From: an uncultured Gemmatimonadales bacterium
Lineage (GTDB): Bacteria > Gemmatimonadota > Gemmatimonadetes > Gemmatimonadales > GWC2-71-9
Assembly: GCA_963844035.1 (NCBI GenBank)
Contig: CAWJMT010000035.1
Location: forward strand, 96,001 to 160,000
DNA: 64,000 nt
Direction of reading: 5' to 3'
Part shown: piece after piece, positions 8,798-20,485 of the stretch
Numbering within the stretch: position 1 is the stretch's first letter
Layout: each line of letters starts with the position of its first letter
Notes under the pieces: generated by a model
Told to the model about the DNA's origin: nothing
Seen by the model: only the letters and a program-made list of their open reading frames with translations
The model's database searches: none
Translations under genes and position numbers: made by a program

Positions 8798-9937
8798 CGA
8801 CCGTGCACGCCCTCGGCGAGGGGCTCTGCCTCGGATGGCGTCGACGGCGCGCGCCACCGCTCCACCAGCAGCACGAGCACGAGCGCGAGCCCACCCCAGG
8901 CGAACATCGAATGTGCGCGGAGGATCCCCCGCAGCGTCGCGGACCCGTTTGTGAGCAAGCCGGACGTGGCGATTCCGGCGGCGAGAAGCGTGATGCGCGT
9001 GCTCCGCGTCCAGAGCGCGGGCGCGCGCGACAGCGCGGCGACCCAGGCCGGGAACGCGAGCATGTAGTAGTGATCCCACCCAATCGGCGACACCAGGACG
9101 GCGAGGAGAATCACGATGCCGACATCCCCCACCACGTCGTCGGGAGAGGTTGAGCGCCGCAGCGCAACGGCCGCCAGCACCAGCAGCAGCAGGTCGATCG
9201 CGATCGCGATTTCGTTCGGCACGCCCGCGCGGCCGAGCAATGCGGGGAGCGACTGGTTGCGGGGATGCAGGACCCAGCCGCCGGTGCTGGAATTCGCCAG
9301 CCACACCTGGGCGCTCGTCAGCGCGCCGGACACCCCGGACAGGAGCAGGGCGCATACACTGAGGCCGAGCGCGACGCCCACGCCGGTCGCGGCGGCGCGC
9401 CAGCGGCGCTGGTACACGACGTACAGCAGCAACAATGCTGGAAACGCCTTGAGCGCGGTGGCGAGCCCGAGCCACACGCCCGCGCGGGCGTCGCGGCCCC
9501 GGGCGAGATCGAACCCCGCCGCCACGACCAGGGCCAAGCAGCACCGCGTTGATGTTCAGATAGTCGAAGTTGATCTGGATCGGGACGGCCACCGCGGTGA
9601 TCGCCAGGGCGAGGTAGGGTCGTCCTTCGCGTCCGAAACGGGCGATGCTCCACGTGAGGCACGCGACGCCTACGCCTGCGAATACGCCCTTCGCCAACGC
9701 CATGCTGATGTTCGCGAGCAGGGCGAACGGCGTCAGGGCCAGAATGGCGAAGGGCGGCCACCACACTCCGATGCTGGGAGCCGCCGTGTACACGGGTTGG
9801 CCGGCGAGCAGTCCCTGCGCCACCTTGATGTGAATCTCGAGATCGAGGCCCTTGTGGATCCCGACCGGGATCGCGATCGCGGCGTAGAGGATGCTCACCG
9901 CGGCGAGCAGCCACCCCCGCGCCGTCAGGCGCGCCAC
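8794..9937 (-). CDS. GT87/DUF2029-like membrane glycosyltransferase (indel near 9540)
   Basis: DL..., WPPFAIL, NIN, LKAFPA, NQSL, SPIGWDHY motifs; multi-TM. Confidence 0.75.
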
Positions 9938-10293
9938 GCGCCGACGGCGAGCAGGAGCCACCCGGCAAGGAAGCAGAGCCCCCCGAAGGGCGTGACGGCG
10001 CCGAGCCCGCGGACGCCGGTGAGCGCGAGCAGATACAGGCTTCCCGAGAACAGGATCGTCCCGGCGACGAACAGCCATCCCGCCGTGCGGAGCGGGGCAG
10101 TATCCCACCGGGTCGTCGCCCAGGCGACCGCGATGAGCGCGAGCGCGTGATACATCTGGTACCGCGCGGCCGTTTCGAACACGGCCAGCAGGTCGGGCCC
10201 GAGGCGGGCCCGGAGCGCATGGGCGCCGAACGCCCCCGCCGCCACGGCGACGAACGCCGATACGGTCCCGCAGAGAAAAAACACGCGATCCAT
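9925..10293 (-). CDS. DUF423 (YgdD/TMEM256) membrane protein
   Basis: GAFGAHAL, YQMYHALA, FSGSLY, TPFGG. Confidence 0.9.
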   Translation of the reverse strand: MDRVFFLCGTVSAFVAVAAGAFGAHALRARLGPDLLAVFETAARYQMYHALALIAVAWATTRWDTAPLRTAGWLFVAGTILFSGSLYLLALTGVRGLGAVTPFGGLCFLAGWLLLAVGAWRA

Positions 10294-10688
10294 CAGTCGA
10301 TCCGTCGTCCGGTGGTTTCGATGCGGTTGATGTGCTCGATGCGCCCGGAGCTGCCCACGAAGGCGGACGCGAACCAGCTCGTGAGGCCCACGACGATCGA
10401 ACCCAGGATCGCCGCCCAGAGACCGCTGAGTGTGAAACCCGGCATGAGCCACGCGACGAGGGCGAGCGAGATCCCGTTCACCACGAAGATGAACAACCCC
10501 AGGGTGAGGAGCGTCAGCGGCAGGGTCAGGATGAGGATGACCGGCCGGATGATCGCGTTCACGAGCCCGAGCAGGAGCGCGGCCACGATCAGGCTGCCGA
10601 TGCCGGCGATGGCCATCCCCGGCACGATGGTGGCGGCGGCCCACAGGCCGAGCGCGGTGATCACGAGGCGGAACAGCAGGCCCTTCAT
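10293..10688 (-). CDS. 4-TM 'phage holin family' (YvlD/DUF360-like) protein
   Basis: NAIIRPVILILTLPLTLLTLGLFIFVVN signature. Confidence 0.88.
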   Translation of the reverse strand: MKGLLFRLVITALGLWAAATIVPGMAIAGIGSLIVAALLLGLVNAIIRPVILILTLPLTLLTLGLFIFVVNGISLALVAWLMPGFTLSGLWAAILGSIVVGLTSWFASAFVGSSGRIEHINRIETTGRRID

Positions 10689-11170
10689 CGGTCCCCCCAG
10701 GCGGCCAGATTGCGCTCGATCTGTCCCGCGTGCTTCTCGAGGTGCGCGGCGTAGATCGCGAGCCAGTCTTCGGCGGCGTAGGTGCCCGATTCGGTGTGCT
10801 GGCCCTTGCGCCGCCAATCCTGCTCGGACATCCGTTTCAAGATCGGCACCGTGTTGGCGCGCACCGCCTCGACCGTCGCCAGCGCCGGCTCGAGCGGGAG
10901 AGCATGGTAGTCCAGCGTTTGGGCCCAGCGATCCTGGTCGTACCCCTGGATCACGGGCTTCGGCTCGGCGAGCAAATAGCGCAAACGCGCATGTGCGTTC
11001 GTTTCCGAGTCGGCGCAATGCACCACGATTTCATGCGCCGACCACCTGTTCGGATCGGGGCGCCAGGTGAGCGCGTCGCGCGGGACCTTGGCCAGGGCTG
11101 CCTTGAGCAGTGCCGGGCCCCGTGCATACCGCTCGATCAGCGCCGCTCGCTCCTGGGGAGAAAACGGCAT
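10685..11170 (-). CDS. DinB-family protein
   Basis: WSAHEIVVHCADSE, YDQDRWA, HLEKHAGQI. Confidence 0.85.
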   Translation of the reverse strand: MPFSPQERAALIERYARGPALLKAALAKVPRDALTWRPDPNRWSAHEIVVHCADSETNAHARLRYLLAEPKPVIQGYDQDRWAQTLDYHALPLEPALATVEAVRANTVPILKRMSEQDWRRKGQHTESGTYAAEDWLAIYAAHLEKHAGQIERNLAAWGDR

Positions 11171-11198
11171 CCGGACCTCCGCGATTCGGGCCCGAAAC

Positions 11199-11660
11199 TT
11201 ACTGCGGTGCGGTGCGCCTGGCCACGAACCGGGCCGTCAGGCCGGGCTTCACCTGGATCCCGAGTCGGGAGTCGAACAGCAGGGCGCCATGCAGCGAGTC
11301 GCCGTTGAGCGACAGGCCGATACCCCCGAACGGCCCCAGATCGGCCGGCCAGCCATACACGAACGCTTGGGATTCGCGGCCGATCCATGTCACCGTGAAC
11401 GGTCCGGCGCGCGGCGATGCGAACACGATGGCGCCGGCGAACCGGCACGCCGAGCCGGTCTCGACTCGTCCGGTATCGAGGATCAGCTCGGTGAGCGTGA
11501 AACGGTCACCCAATTCGGGGAGCGTGAGCGTGTCGCCGTGCGCCACGCGCCAGCGCCCGACGTAGGGAACCGACGCGCGGCTCGCGCCCCGCATCTGCCG
11601 CGACGCGCAGGGACGCGGTGGGCTGCACGCGGCCACCGCCGCGACCACCAGTCCGAGCAT
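11199..11660 (-). CDS. Hypothetical lipoprotein
   Basis: N-terminal VAAC lipobox-like motif; co-oriented with neighbours. Confidence 0.55.
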   Translation of the reverse strand: MLGLVVAAVAACSPPRPCASRQMRGASRASVPYVGRWRVAHGDTLTLPELGDRFTLTELILDTGRVETGSACRFAGAIVFASPRAGPFTVTWIGRESQAFVYGWPADLGPFGGIGLSLNGDSLHGALLFDSRLGIQVKPGLTARFVARRTAPQ

Positions 11661-11667
11661 CGCGAGG

Positions 11668-11919
11668 TTACGGATCGACGTTCTCCGAAGTGCGGATCCC
11701 GCCGCTCGTCGCGTCCGCCGCTCGCATCGCCCCGCCGACGCCGCGCGCGCCGGGGATAGTGGACGTGGACAGCATGCTGTCCCGCTGATATTCCGTCAGC
11801 TCGGCGCTGCCCGCACCGGCTGAGTGGTCTGAGCTGGACCCCTTGTCCTGGCCGCCGCATGCCGCAAGCGCAAGCATCAGGAGCAGCGGTAGGTACTGCC
11901 GGTACGACGCCCTAATCAT
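11668..11919 (-). CDS. Small hypothetical lipoprotein
   Basis: GAGGGGG RBS; LLLMLALAACGG lipobox. Confidence 0.65.
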   Translation of the reverse strand: MIRASYRQYLPLLLMLALAACGGQDKGSSSDHSAGAGSAELTEYQRDSMLSTSTIPGARGVGGAMRAADATSGGIRTSENVDP

Positions 11920-11969
11920 CGTGCCCCCTCTCGTTGAAGCCGTCTCGGTGGACTCCCACGGTCCCGAAT

Positions 11970-12350
11970 CTAGCAATGATCCAGCGCGCGGTGGCGTGTC
12001 CGCCGCCACATGATGACGTAGACGGCGACGTTCACGAGCAGCGCCAGGGTGCCGAGCAAGCCTTGCGTCGGGGGCGTGAGGCCGACGGGGTACAGCCACG
12101 CGGTCAGGTGGTGCTCGACGAATCCCCCGGGATATCCGGCGAGCCCCGCGCGGGCGCGCAGCGCGTTTTCCAGCGGCGTCAGGGGACAGACCCATCCAGC
12201 GAACTCGATCGCCACACCCCACACGGCGGCGGGGACGTGCACCCAGGCCACCCGGCGCCACCGCCACGCCAGGAAGCCGCCGAACACGACGAACACCACG
12301 AACAGGGCGTGCACGATCAGCACCGCGGTCGCGAGGGTGTGGTACATCAT
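11970..12350 (-). CDS. DUF2784-family membrane protein
   Basis: HALFVVFVVFGG, WVCPLTPLEN, GFVEHH...LYP. Confidence 0.88.
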   Translation of the reverse strand: MMYHTLATAVLIVHALFVVFVVFGGFLAWRWRRVAWVHVPAAVWGVAIEFAGWVCPLTPLENALRARAGLAGYPGGFVEHHLTAWLYPVGLTPPTQGLLGTLALLVNVAVYVIMWRRTRHRALDHC

Positions 12351-12386
12351 GCCCGTAGGATGCACACGCAGGGCCCCACAAGCGAA

Positions 12387-12418
12387 CTCCCCCGCCGGGC
12401 CAAGGCCCGACGGGGGAG
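12387..12418 (-). terminator. GC-rich hairpin downstream of the lipoprotein gene
   Basis: CTCCCCCGCCGGGC-CAAG-GCCCGACGGGGGAG; no clear U-tract. Confidence 0.5.
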
Positions 12419-12441
12419 CGGATTCGCCGGTGTGAGCCGGG

Positions 12442-13551
12442 TTAGAAGCCGACGATACTCTGTGCCGGCTCGAGCATGGCCGTGACGTGCTCGGAAACAT
12501 CGGCCGCAGCGTTCAGCACGTGCCCCATCGCGATGAGCTCGGCGGCCGTCATCTGACCTCCGCCCGCTCGCGTGATGACCGGCTGATGGGTGCCTCCGGT
12601 GACCGAGCAGTACGTGCCGCCGTTCACCGTGACCGCCACATTGAACGTGGCGGAGTCGTCCGCGTGCAGGATCGACACGGAGCCTACCAGCCGCACCGTT
12701 TCACCCGGGCGCGTGAACGCGAAGTTCACCGTGAGCGTGAGCGCGGTCGGGTTGTCGGTGACGGTGACCGTCTCCTGTACCGTGACGGCCGGGTTGTTGA
12801 GCGTCACGTTCACCGTGAGCGTGATCGACGAGGGCGTACCCGAGACCGCGATGCTGAAGGTCAGCGTCTTGTTTGCGTTCCCGGCGAGTCCGTTGGTCAC
12901 CATCCCGACCACCGAGGCGGTGAAGCTCGAGCTGTTGCCGGAGCCGCTGAAGGTGTAGTCGAGGAACGTGGCCGTCCCGGCGTTGTTCTTGACGACGATG
13001 TGCAGCGTGGTCGTCCCGCCGCTGCTCTCATCCGTGAAGTCCGCGTAGCCGAGCTGCACCAGCGGGAGCGAGGGCGATTCGGCCCCGGACGCGGTCGCGT
13101 ACAACAGGAAGCGGACACCGTTGGCCGGGCCGCCGGTCGGCGAGCTGCGCGTGTAGTGCCCCGAGTCGGTGTTCCAGGCGTACACGGAGCCGAGCAGCGA
13201 GTCGGGGAAGATCCCCCCCGCGCTCATGGTCGCGAAGTTGGGCACTGCTTGCTGGAGCGCGCGGGTCTGGCGCGCCAGCGCGACGTAGCGATCCTGCCCC
13301 GCGGGAATGGCGAGCGACCGAATGGCGCCGGCGGCGAATCTCGCCGTGGCCGGCACCTGGATCTGGCCGCCCAACGCTTGGAAGCTTGCGACCGCCGGAG
13401 CGGCGAGCGCGCTGTCGAGCGCCGCGGCCTGAGCGCCGGTGGTGGCGGGATCGTTGAGGGTCCCGACGGGACCGGTGGAGTCTTTGCACCCAGCCAGGAC
13501 GAGCGCCAGCCCGAGCGCCGAGCACAGTACGGCTCTGAAATGCAACGGCAT
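12442..13551 (-). CDS. Hypothetical Thr/Ser-rich, beta-rich lipoprotein
   Basis: GGAGG RBS; LVLAGC lipobox; 369-aa intact ORF. Confidence 0.8.
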   Translation of the reverse strand: MPLHFRAVLCSALGLALVLAGCKDSTGPVGTLNDPATTGAQAAALDSALAAPAVASFQALGGQIQVPATARFAAGAIRSLAIPAGQDRYVALARQTRALQQAVPNFATMSAGGIFPDSLLGSVYAWNTDSGHYTRSSPTGGPANGVRFLLYATASGAESPSLPLVQLGYADFTDESSGGTTTLHIVVKNNAGTATFLDYTFSGSGNSSSFTASVVGMVTNGLAGNANKTLTFSIAVSGTPSSITLTVNVTLNNPAVTVQETVTVTDNPTALTLTVNFAFTRPGETVRLVGSVSILHADDSATFNVAVTVNGGTYCSVTGGTHQPVITRAGGGQMTAAELIAMGHVLNAAADVSEHVTAMLEPAQSIVGF

Positions 13552-13675
13552 TATTGCCTCCGGAGAGAGTACGGCTAGGGCGCGTCAGTACTGATTGGTT
13601 CGCGGGCGCAATCTCAGTCTCATGTGGGCCAAGCGGCGGTGATCCTCGACACGTGCCACCCGGTCGGACCGAGTC

Positions 13676-14734
13676 TTAGCCGATCACCCCGCCGCCCAGG
13701 AGGCGGCCGTCTGTGTCGTACAGCACACCGGACTGCCCGGGCGTGATCGCGCGCACCGGCTCGAGTAATTGGAGCCGCAGCGCGGACGGTTCGTGGGCAC
13801 GAACCATGCCCGGGACGGGCTTCGCGCGATAGCGGCACTGCACCAGTACTTCGTCGCCTGCACGGAGGGGCTCGGCGAGCCAGTTGACCTCCTCGAGAGA
13901 CACTTCGTGTCCGAACAGTTCATCGCCCCGGCCGATCACCACTTCGCGGGTGACCGGGCGGATGTCGACGACGTACATGGGCTCGGGGAATCCCCCAGGG
14001 AGGCCGCGCCGCTGACCGATCGTGTAACGCGCGAATCCGTCATGACTGCCGATCACTTCACCGGCGACGGTCACGAGCGGTCCCGGCGAAAGGGCGGCGG
14101 CGTCGGAGGGGAGGTGACGCTCGAGCACGGTGACGTAGTCGTCGTTCGGGACGAAACAGATCTCGACCGACTCGGGCTTGTCGGCGGTGGCGAGCCCGAG
14201 CCGGCGCGCCATGTCGCGCGTCTCGCGCTTGGTGAGCGCGCCCACGGGTGTGAGCATGCGGGCGACCACCGCGCGGTCGATGCCCCACAAGAAATACGTC
14301 TGGTCCTTGGCGAGGTCGCGCGCGCGATACAGCGCCCCGTCCCGCGCATTCGCATAGTGTCCGGTGGCGAGGTACGCGCAATCGAGCGCATCGGCGTGGT
14401 GCAGGAAGTCACGGAACTTCGTGAACGAATTGCAGCGCACGCACGGGATCGGCGTCCGGCCGCGGGCATACTCGGCGACGAAATTCTCGATGACGTCGTG
14501 CCCGAAGCGGTCCTCGAGATTGATGACGTAGTGCGGGATGCCGAGTTTGTGCGCGACGAGACGCGCGTCGGCAATGGAGTCGAGCGAGCAGCAGGGCCGG
14601 TCGGGGACGTCGTCGCCGTAGCAGAACAGCTTCATGGTGGCGCCGACGACGTCATAGCCGGCCTCAACCAAAAGAGCAGCGGCCACGGAGGAATCCACCC
14701 CGCCCGACATGGCGACCAGCACGCGCTGCCTCAT
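13676..14734 (-). CDS. mnmA: tRNA 2-thiouridylase MnmA
   Basis: [46 protein letters not shown]. Confidence 0.96.
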   Translation of the reverse strand: MRQRVLVAMSGGVDSSVAAALLVEAGYDVVGATMKLFCYGDDVPDRPCCSLDSIADARLVAHKLGIPHYVINLEDRFGHDVIENFVAEYARGRTPIPCVRCNSFTKFRDFLHHADALDCAYLATGHYANARDGALYRARDLAKDQTYFLWGIDRAVVARMLTPVGALTKRETRDMARRLGLATADKPESVEICFVPNDDYVTVLERHLPSDAAALSPGPLVTVAGEVIGSHDGFARYTIGQRRGLPGGFPEPMYVVDIRPVTREVVIGRGDELFGHEVSLEEVNWLAEPLRAGDEVLVQCRYRAKPVPGMVRAHEPSALRLQLLEPVRAITPGQSGVLYDTDGRLLGGGVIG

Positions 14735-15906
14735 CGATGCAGTACGGCCGCCAGGGCCCGGACCTTCTCGACGATCGTCGGCATGGCGGCGACCACCGCG
14801 TCGACATCCTCCGGCGTGTTGTCCCGCCCGAACGAGAAACGCAGGGCGGCGACGCCGAGGTCGTGCGGGACGCCCATCGCGCTGAGCACGTGCGAGGGCT
14901 CCACCGCACCCGTACTGCAAGCGGAGCCGGCGGAGCACGCGATGCCGGCGAGGTCCAGGTGCATCAGCATCGCCTCGCTGTCGGTTCCCGGGATCGAGAC
15001 ATTCGCGATGTGCGGGGCGCGTTCGGCCCGCGACCCATGGATCACGGCGTCGGGGACGATCGCGAGGAGTTGCCGCTCCAGTGTGTCGCGCAGCGGCGCG
15101 AGCCGGCCCGCCAGCTCCTGTTGCTCTGCGACGGCAAGCGTCACCGCCTTCCCGAACCCTACGATCCCAGGCACGTTCTCCGTCCCCGGCCGCAGCCCGA
15201 ACTGCTGTCCGCCGCCGTGCACGATCGCCTCGACCGTGCGCCGGTCGCGCACCAACAGAGCGCCGACGCCCTTGGGGGCGCCAATCTTGTGACCCGAGAT
15301 GCTCAGCATGGTGCAGCCTGAGTCCCGGAACGACACCGGCACCTTGCCGAGCGCCTGCACGGCGTCGCTGTGGAACGCGACGCCGGCTGCGGCGCAGCGG
15401 GCGGCCAGGAGCGCGATCGGCTGCACCACCCCGACTTCGTTGTTGACCCACATGACGCTCACGACGCCGACACCCAGCGCGAGCGCGGCATCGAGCGCCT
15501 GCGGCTCCACCATCCCGGCGGCGGTGACGGGGACCAGAAAATCCTGGCCTCCGAGGTGGGTGACGAAGTGCGCGGCGGCGATCGCGGCTTTGTGCTCGAT
15601 AGCCGACACGGCGACCCGAAACGGTCCGCCGCGGTCGCGCGACGCCAACGCCGCGCCGACCACCGCCAGGTTGTCGGCCTCGGTGCCGCCCGATGTGAAA
15701 ATCACCTGGTTCGGCTCGGCGCCCACTGCTGCGGCGATCGCGCGCTTGGCTTCCTCGACGCCCGCGCGTGCCGTGCGCCCAAAGCGGTGCGCGGACGAGG
15801 GGTTCCCGAAGGCTTCCTTGCCGAGGTACGGCAGCATGGCCTCGAGCACTTCGGGGCGGACCGCGGTGGTCGCGGCGTTGTCGAGATAGACCAGACGCTT
15901 GGGCAT
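14731..15906 (-). CDS. iscS: Cysteine desulfurase (IscS/NifS type)
   Basis: [41 protein letters not shown] lies 8 nt before the ATG (leaderless-type). Confidence 0.93.
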   Translation of the reverse strand: MPKRLVYLDNAATTAVRPEVLEAMLPYLGKEAFGNPSSAHRFGRTARAGVEEAKRAIAAAVGAEPNQVIFTSGGTEADNLAVVGAALASRDRGGPFRVAVSAIEHKAAIAAAHFVTHLGGQDFLVPVTAAGMVEPQALDAALALGVGVVSVMWVNNEVGVVQPIALLAARCAAAGVAFHSDAVQALGKVPVSFRDSGCTMLSISGHKIGAPKGVGALLVRDRRTVEAIVHGGGQQFGLRPGTENVPGIVGFGKAVTLAVAEQQELAGRLAPLRDTLERQLLAIVPDAVIHGSRAERAPHIANVSIPGTDSEAMLMHLDLAGIACSAGSACSTGAVEPSHVLSAMGVPHDLGVAALRFSFGRDNTPEDVDAVVAAMPTIVEKVRALAAVLHR

Positions 15907-15924
15907 CTGGCGGGAATCTAAGGA

Positions 15925-16693
15925 CTACAGCGAAGCCACGCCAAGCTGCAGCACATCCTGCACTTCCAACGTTTCATGAGCAGAAATACGGCTCGCCGTA
16001 CGGCTTCCGGATGAGCGAGCCGTAGTGCGCCGACTGAATGCGAATCAGCTCGTAGAGGTCACGCCCCGCGGGGAAGATCTCGCCCGCGGCCTGGACGCCC
16101 TCGAATTGCGAGGCGTAGCAGCGGATCGCCTCCAACTTGAGCTCGAAGGTGTCGGAGATGTCCACGACGAACGTGGGTTTGACGGGATCTTCGCGATAGG
16201 CGAGCGCGTGCAGCACCTTGAACGGCCGGTGCGGCTCGCCCGGCGCGTCGTACTTGACCAGGCCGGCCAGGTAGCATGCGTCCCGGCCGAGCTCCGCGGC
16301 GATACGGTGATCGGGGTGGCGTCCGATGGGGAAGGGGAGGATCACGACCCGTGGTCGCGTGATGCGAATCAGCTCCACCACGCGCCGCCGCGACGCCTCG
16401 TCGTTGGCGAGATAGGCGTCCCGCAGGCCGGCGTTCAGCCGTACCTGCACACCCAGTGTCTCCGCGGCGCGCCCGGCCTCCGCGGCGCGGGTCGCGGCGT
16501 CGCCGCGCGTCCCGGTTTCGCCCTGCGTGAGGTCCACGATGCCCACACGGCGACCGGCGCGCGCGGCCTTCGCCAGGGTGCCGCCACAGGTCAGCTCCAC
16601 GTCGTCGCGATGCGCGGCGATCGCGAGTAGATCTACCGGGGATGCCTCTCCGACCGCCTGACCGCCTGCCCGCCCGCCCGCCGCCTTACTCAT
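15925..16693 (-). CDS. bshB1: PIG-L family deacetylase, BshB1-like (indel near 15980)
   Basis: [40 protein letters not shown]. Confidence 0.8.
16650..16681. repeat. Octamer tandem repeat in the bshB1 5' end
   Basis: CCGACCGC CTGACCGC CTGCCCGC CCGCCCGC. Confidence 0.6.
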
Positions 16694-17927
16694 GTCGCAA
16701 TGCCTCAATCGGATCGAGCCGCGCCGCTCGCGCCGCCGGGGTGATCCCGAAGATGAGTCCGATGAGCACCGAGACGACGCACGCCACCAGCGTCGCCGAG
16801 ACCGGTACCGAGGTTTGCAGCTTCAGGGCGATTTGAATTGTCTGGGCCATCGTCACTCCCACCAGTACCCCGATCACGCCTCCCAGGAACGTGAGGAACG
16901 CGGCTTCCACGAGGAATTGCCACAGGATCGCCCGTCGCGTCGCCCCCATGGCCTTCCGCACGCCGATCTCGCGCGTGCGGCTCGTCACGGAGACCATCAT
17001 GATCGCCATGACGCCGATTCCGCCGACCAGCAGTGCCACGCTCGAGAGCACGATCATCACCAGGAAGAACATGGATGTCAGCTTGTTGAACGTGTCGAGG
17101 ATCTGATCCTGGGTGATGAGATCGAACGTGTTCGGGTCCCCGGCGCGCGCTCCCCGCAGCCGGCGCAGCTGCACGGCGACTTCGTCCATGGCGTGCGAGA
17201 CGGTCACGCCGTCCCTCGGTTTGACGACGATCCAGAGCGCATTGGTCTCGTCGTACTTGAAGAACCGCTGCGCCGCCAGGAATGGGATGATGGCGCCGAT
17301 TTCCTGGCTCGGGGGCTGGAAGATGTTCTCGGGATTCTGGTAGACGCCGATCACCCGGAACGGCCGGCCGCCCAAACGCACGAAGCGACCCAGCGGTTGC
17401 AGGCGTCCGAACAGCTTGTCGGCGAACCGCTCCTCGAGCACCACCACGGCATCACCCGTGCGGACTTCCGACGCAGTAAAGAACCGGCCGTTCAGGAGCG
17501 TCCCGCCCTGGATCTCCATGTATTGATCGTCCGCTCCGAACACCGTGACGATCTGGGTGTGCGCGCCCTCGAACTCGATCCGCTGAAACAGCTGCACCCA
17601 GATGCCGCCGTAGCGGACATCGGGGAGCCGGGCGATCGCCGCCGCCTCCTCCGCATTCAGGACCGGGCGCACCCGGACCTCTTTCGGCAACGCGTCAGGA
17701 TTGAGCGGCGTGGTCGAAAAGAAGCGCATGACATAGAACGTCGTGGGGCCCGCGACCTCGATGGAGGTCATGATCTGGTCGCGAATCCCCTGCACGATGG
17801 ACGCCATCGCCATCACGGTCGCGACGCCGATCACGACGCCCAGGATGGTGAGCCCGGAGCGGAGCTTGTTGGCGCGCAGCTGGTCGAGCGCGATGAACCA
17901 GGCTTCCACGACGGAATGCACCCTCAT
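16686..17927 (-). CDS. ABC transporter permease, MacB/FtsX type
   Basis: NKLRSGLTILGVVIGV; VGGIGVMAIM...[23 protein letters not shown]. Confidence 0.93.
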   Translation of the reverse strand: MRVHSVVEAWFIALDQLRANKLRSGLTILGVVIGVATVMAMASIVQGIRDQIMTSIEVAGPTTFYVMRFFSTTPLNPDALPKEVRVRPVLNAEEAAAIARLPDVRYGGIWVQLFQRIEFEGAHTQIVTVFGADDQYMEIQGGTLLNGRFFTASEVRTGDAVVVLEERFADKLFGRLQPLGRFVRLGGRPFRVIGVYQNPENIFQPPSQEIGAIIPFLAAQRFFKYDETNALWIVVKPRDGVTVSHAMDEVAVQLRRLRGARAGDPNTFDLITQDQILDTFNKLTSMFFLVMIVLSSVALLVGGIGVMAIMMVSVTSRTREIGVRKAMGATRRAILWQFLVEAAFLTFLGGVIGVLVGVTMAQTIQIALKLQTSVPVSATLVACVVSVLIGLIFGITPAARAARLDPIEALRHE

Positions 17928-17940
17928 GCCTCACGTCCCA

Positions 17941-19185
<1,245 letters not shown>

Positions 19186-19194
19186 GGAGCGGGG

Positions 19195-20478
19195 TCAGGC
19201 GGGCTTTTTGGCCTTCGTGGTATCGGGCTTCATTTTCCGGACGCGGGTGCCGTCCTTCAGGTCTCGCACCGCTTGATACGGACCAGCCGCGATGATTTCC
19301 CCTTCCTTGAGTCCCTCCAGCACTTCGAAGTGCTCATCGCCCGCGATGCCGACGCGGACCGGGCGAAACGTGACGAGCCCCTTTTGAATGACGAATACGC
19401 CTTCGGTCACGCGCCGGTGGCGCGTCACGCTACTCGTGTCCACGGGCCGTGTCTCGGTGGAGAGCGGGGTATTCTCGCGCACGGTCAGGGCGATGATGGG
19501 AATGGTGAGCACCGCGCTGCGCGTGTCGGTGACGATGCGGGCGGTGGCGGAGAGATCGGGGCGCACGTCGACCGGCGGGTGGTCCAGGGTGACCTCCACG
19601 TAGTAGTCGACCGCACGGTTGTTCGCGCTTCCCGCTACCGCGTCGGGATTGTCGATGGAGCTGTTCGAGATCTTCGTCACGCGGCCGAGGAACGTGGTGT
19701 CGGGAAACGCGTCGATCGCGACTTCGACCGAGTCGGCGAGGTGGAGCCGGACGACGTCGGTCTCATCCACCTGGACCTTCGCCTGGATGACGGACAGGTC
19801 GGAGATGGTCATGAGGAGCCCGATGTCCTTGGAGAACGTGCTCGGGACCGCGACCTCGCCCTCCTCGACCGGAAGCCGCGTGATGCGCCCGGCCATCGGC
19901 GCGAGCAGGCGCGTTTTGCGGAGATTGTCGCGGGCTTCCCGCACCGACGCCCGCGCCTGATCCACCTGATGCTCGGCGGCCTGCAGGTTGGCATCGCCAA
20001 TGGCCGATGCGGTCTGCGCCTGCTCGAGCTGCTCGGCCGAGATCAGGTTGGGGTTCTGATCGTGCAGCTCCTGGGTGCGGCGGAGCGTGCGCTGGGCCTG
20101 GTCGCGGTTGGCCCGTGCCTGCACCGCAGCGGCGCCCGCCGTGGAATACGCGGCCTGCGCGCGCTGCAGGTTGGCTTCGTAGACGGTGGGATCGATCTGA
20201 AGCAGCAGCTGTCCCTGGGCGACCACGTCGCCTTCGTGCACCAGGATCTTGATGATGCGGCCGGTGATATCGGTGCTGATGTCCACCTTTTTCTTCGGCT
20301 GGATCTTGCCGCTCGCGGTAACGGCGGCCACCAGGTCACGCCGTACGACCGGCTCCTCGCGCACCTCGACCTCACGTTTCCGGCGGGCGTGAACGGTCCC
20401 CGCGACCGCGCCGGCGAGCACGAGGACGGCGACGATCCCGAGGATGAGCTTGGTCCGGTTGGACATGTCGTTCAGCAT
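19195..20478 (-). CDS. Efflux periplasmic adaptor (MacA/HlyD-like MFP)
   Basis: N-terminal TM; ASGKIQP, VHEGDVVAQGQLL, coiled hairpin, APMAG, VDETD. Confidence 0.92.
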   Translation of the reverse strand: MLNDMSNRTKLILGIVAVLVLAGAVAGTVHARRKREVEVREEPVVRRDLVAAVTASGKIQPKKKVDISTDITGRIIKILVHEGDVVAQGQLLLQIDPTVYEANLQRAQAAYSTAGAAAVQARANRDQAQRTLRRTQELHDQNPNLISAEQLEQAQTASAIGDANLQAAEHQVDQARASVREARDNLRKTRLLAPMAGRITRLPVEEGEVAVPSTFSKDIGLLMTISDLSVIQAKVQVDETDVVRLHLADSVEVAIDAFPDTTFLGRVTKISNSSIDNPDAVAGSANNRAVDYYVEVTLDHPPVDVRPDLSATARIVTDTRSAVLTIPIIALTVRENTPLSTETRPVDTSSVTRHRRVTEGVFVIQKGLVTFRPVRVGIAGDEHFEVLEGLKEGEIIAAGPYQAVRDLKDGTRVRKMKPDTTKAKKPA

Positions 20479-20485
20479 CGCGCGC

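Noticed and set aside
10293..10688. Prophage suggested by the holin-family gene
   Set aside because: This family is common in non-phage contexts, and there are no phage genes nearby.
5023..13551. Integrative element at tRNA-Asn
   Set aside because: I saw no integrase and no duplicated tRNA 3' end.
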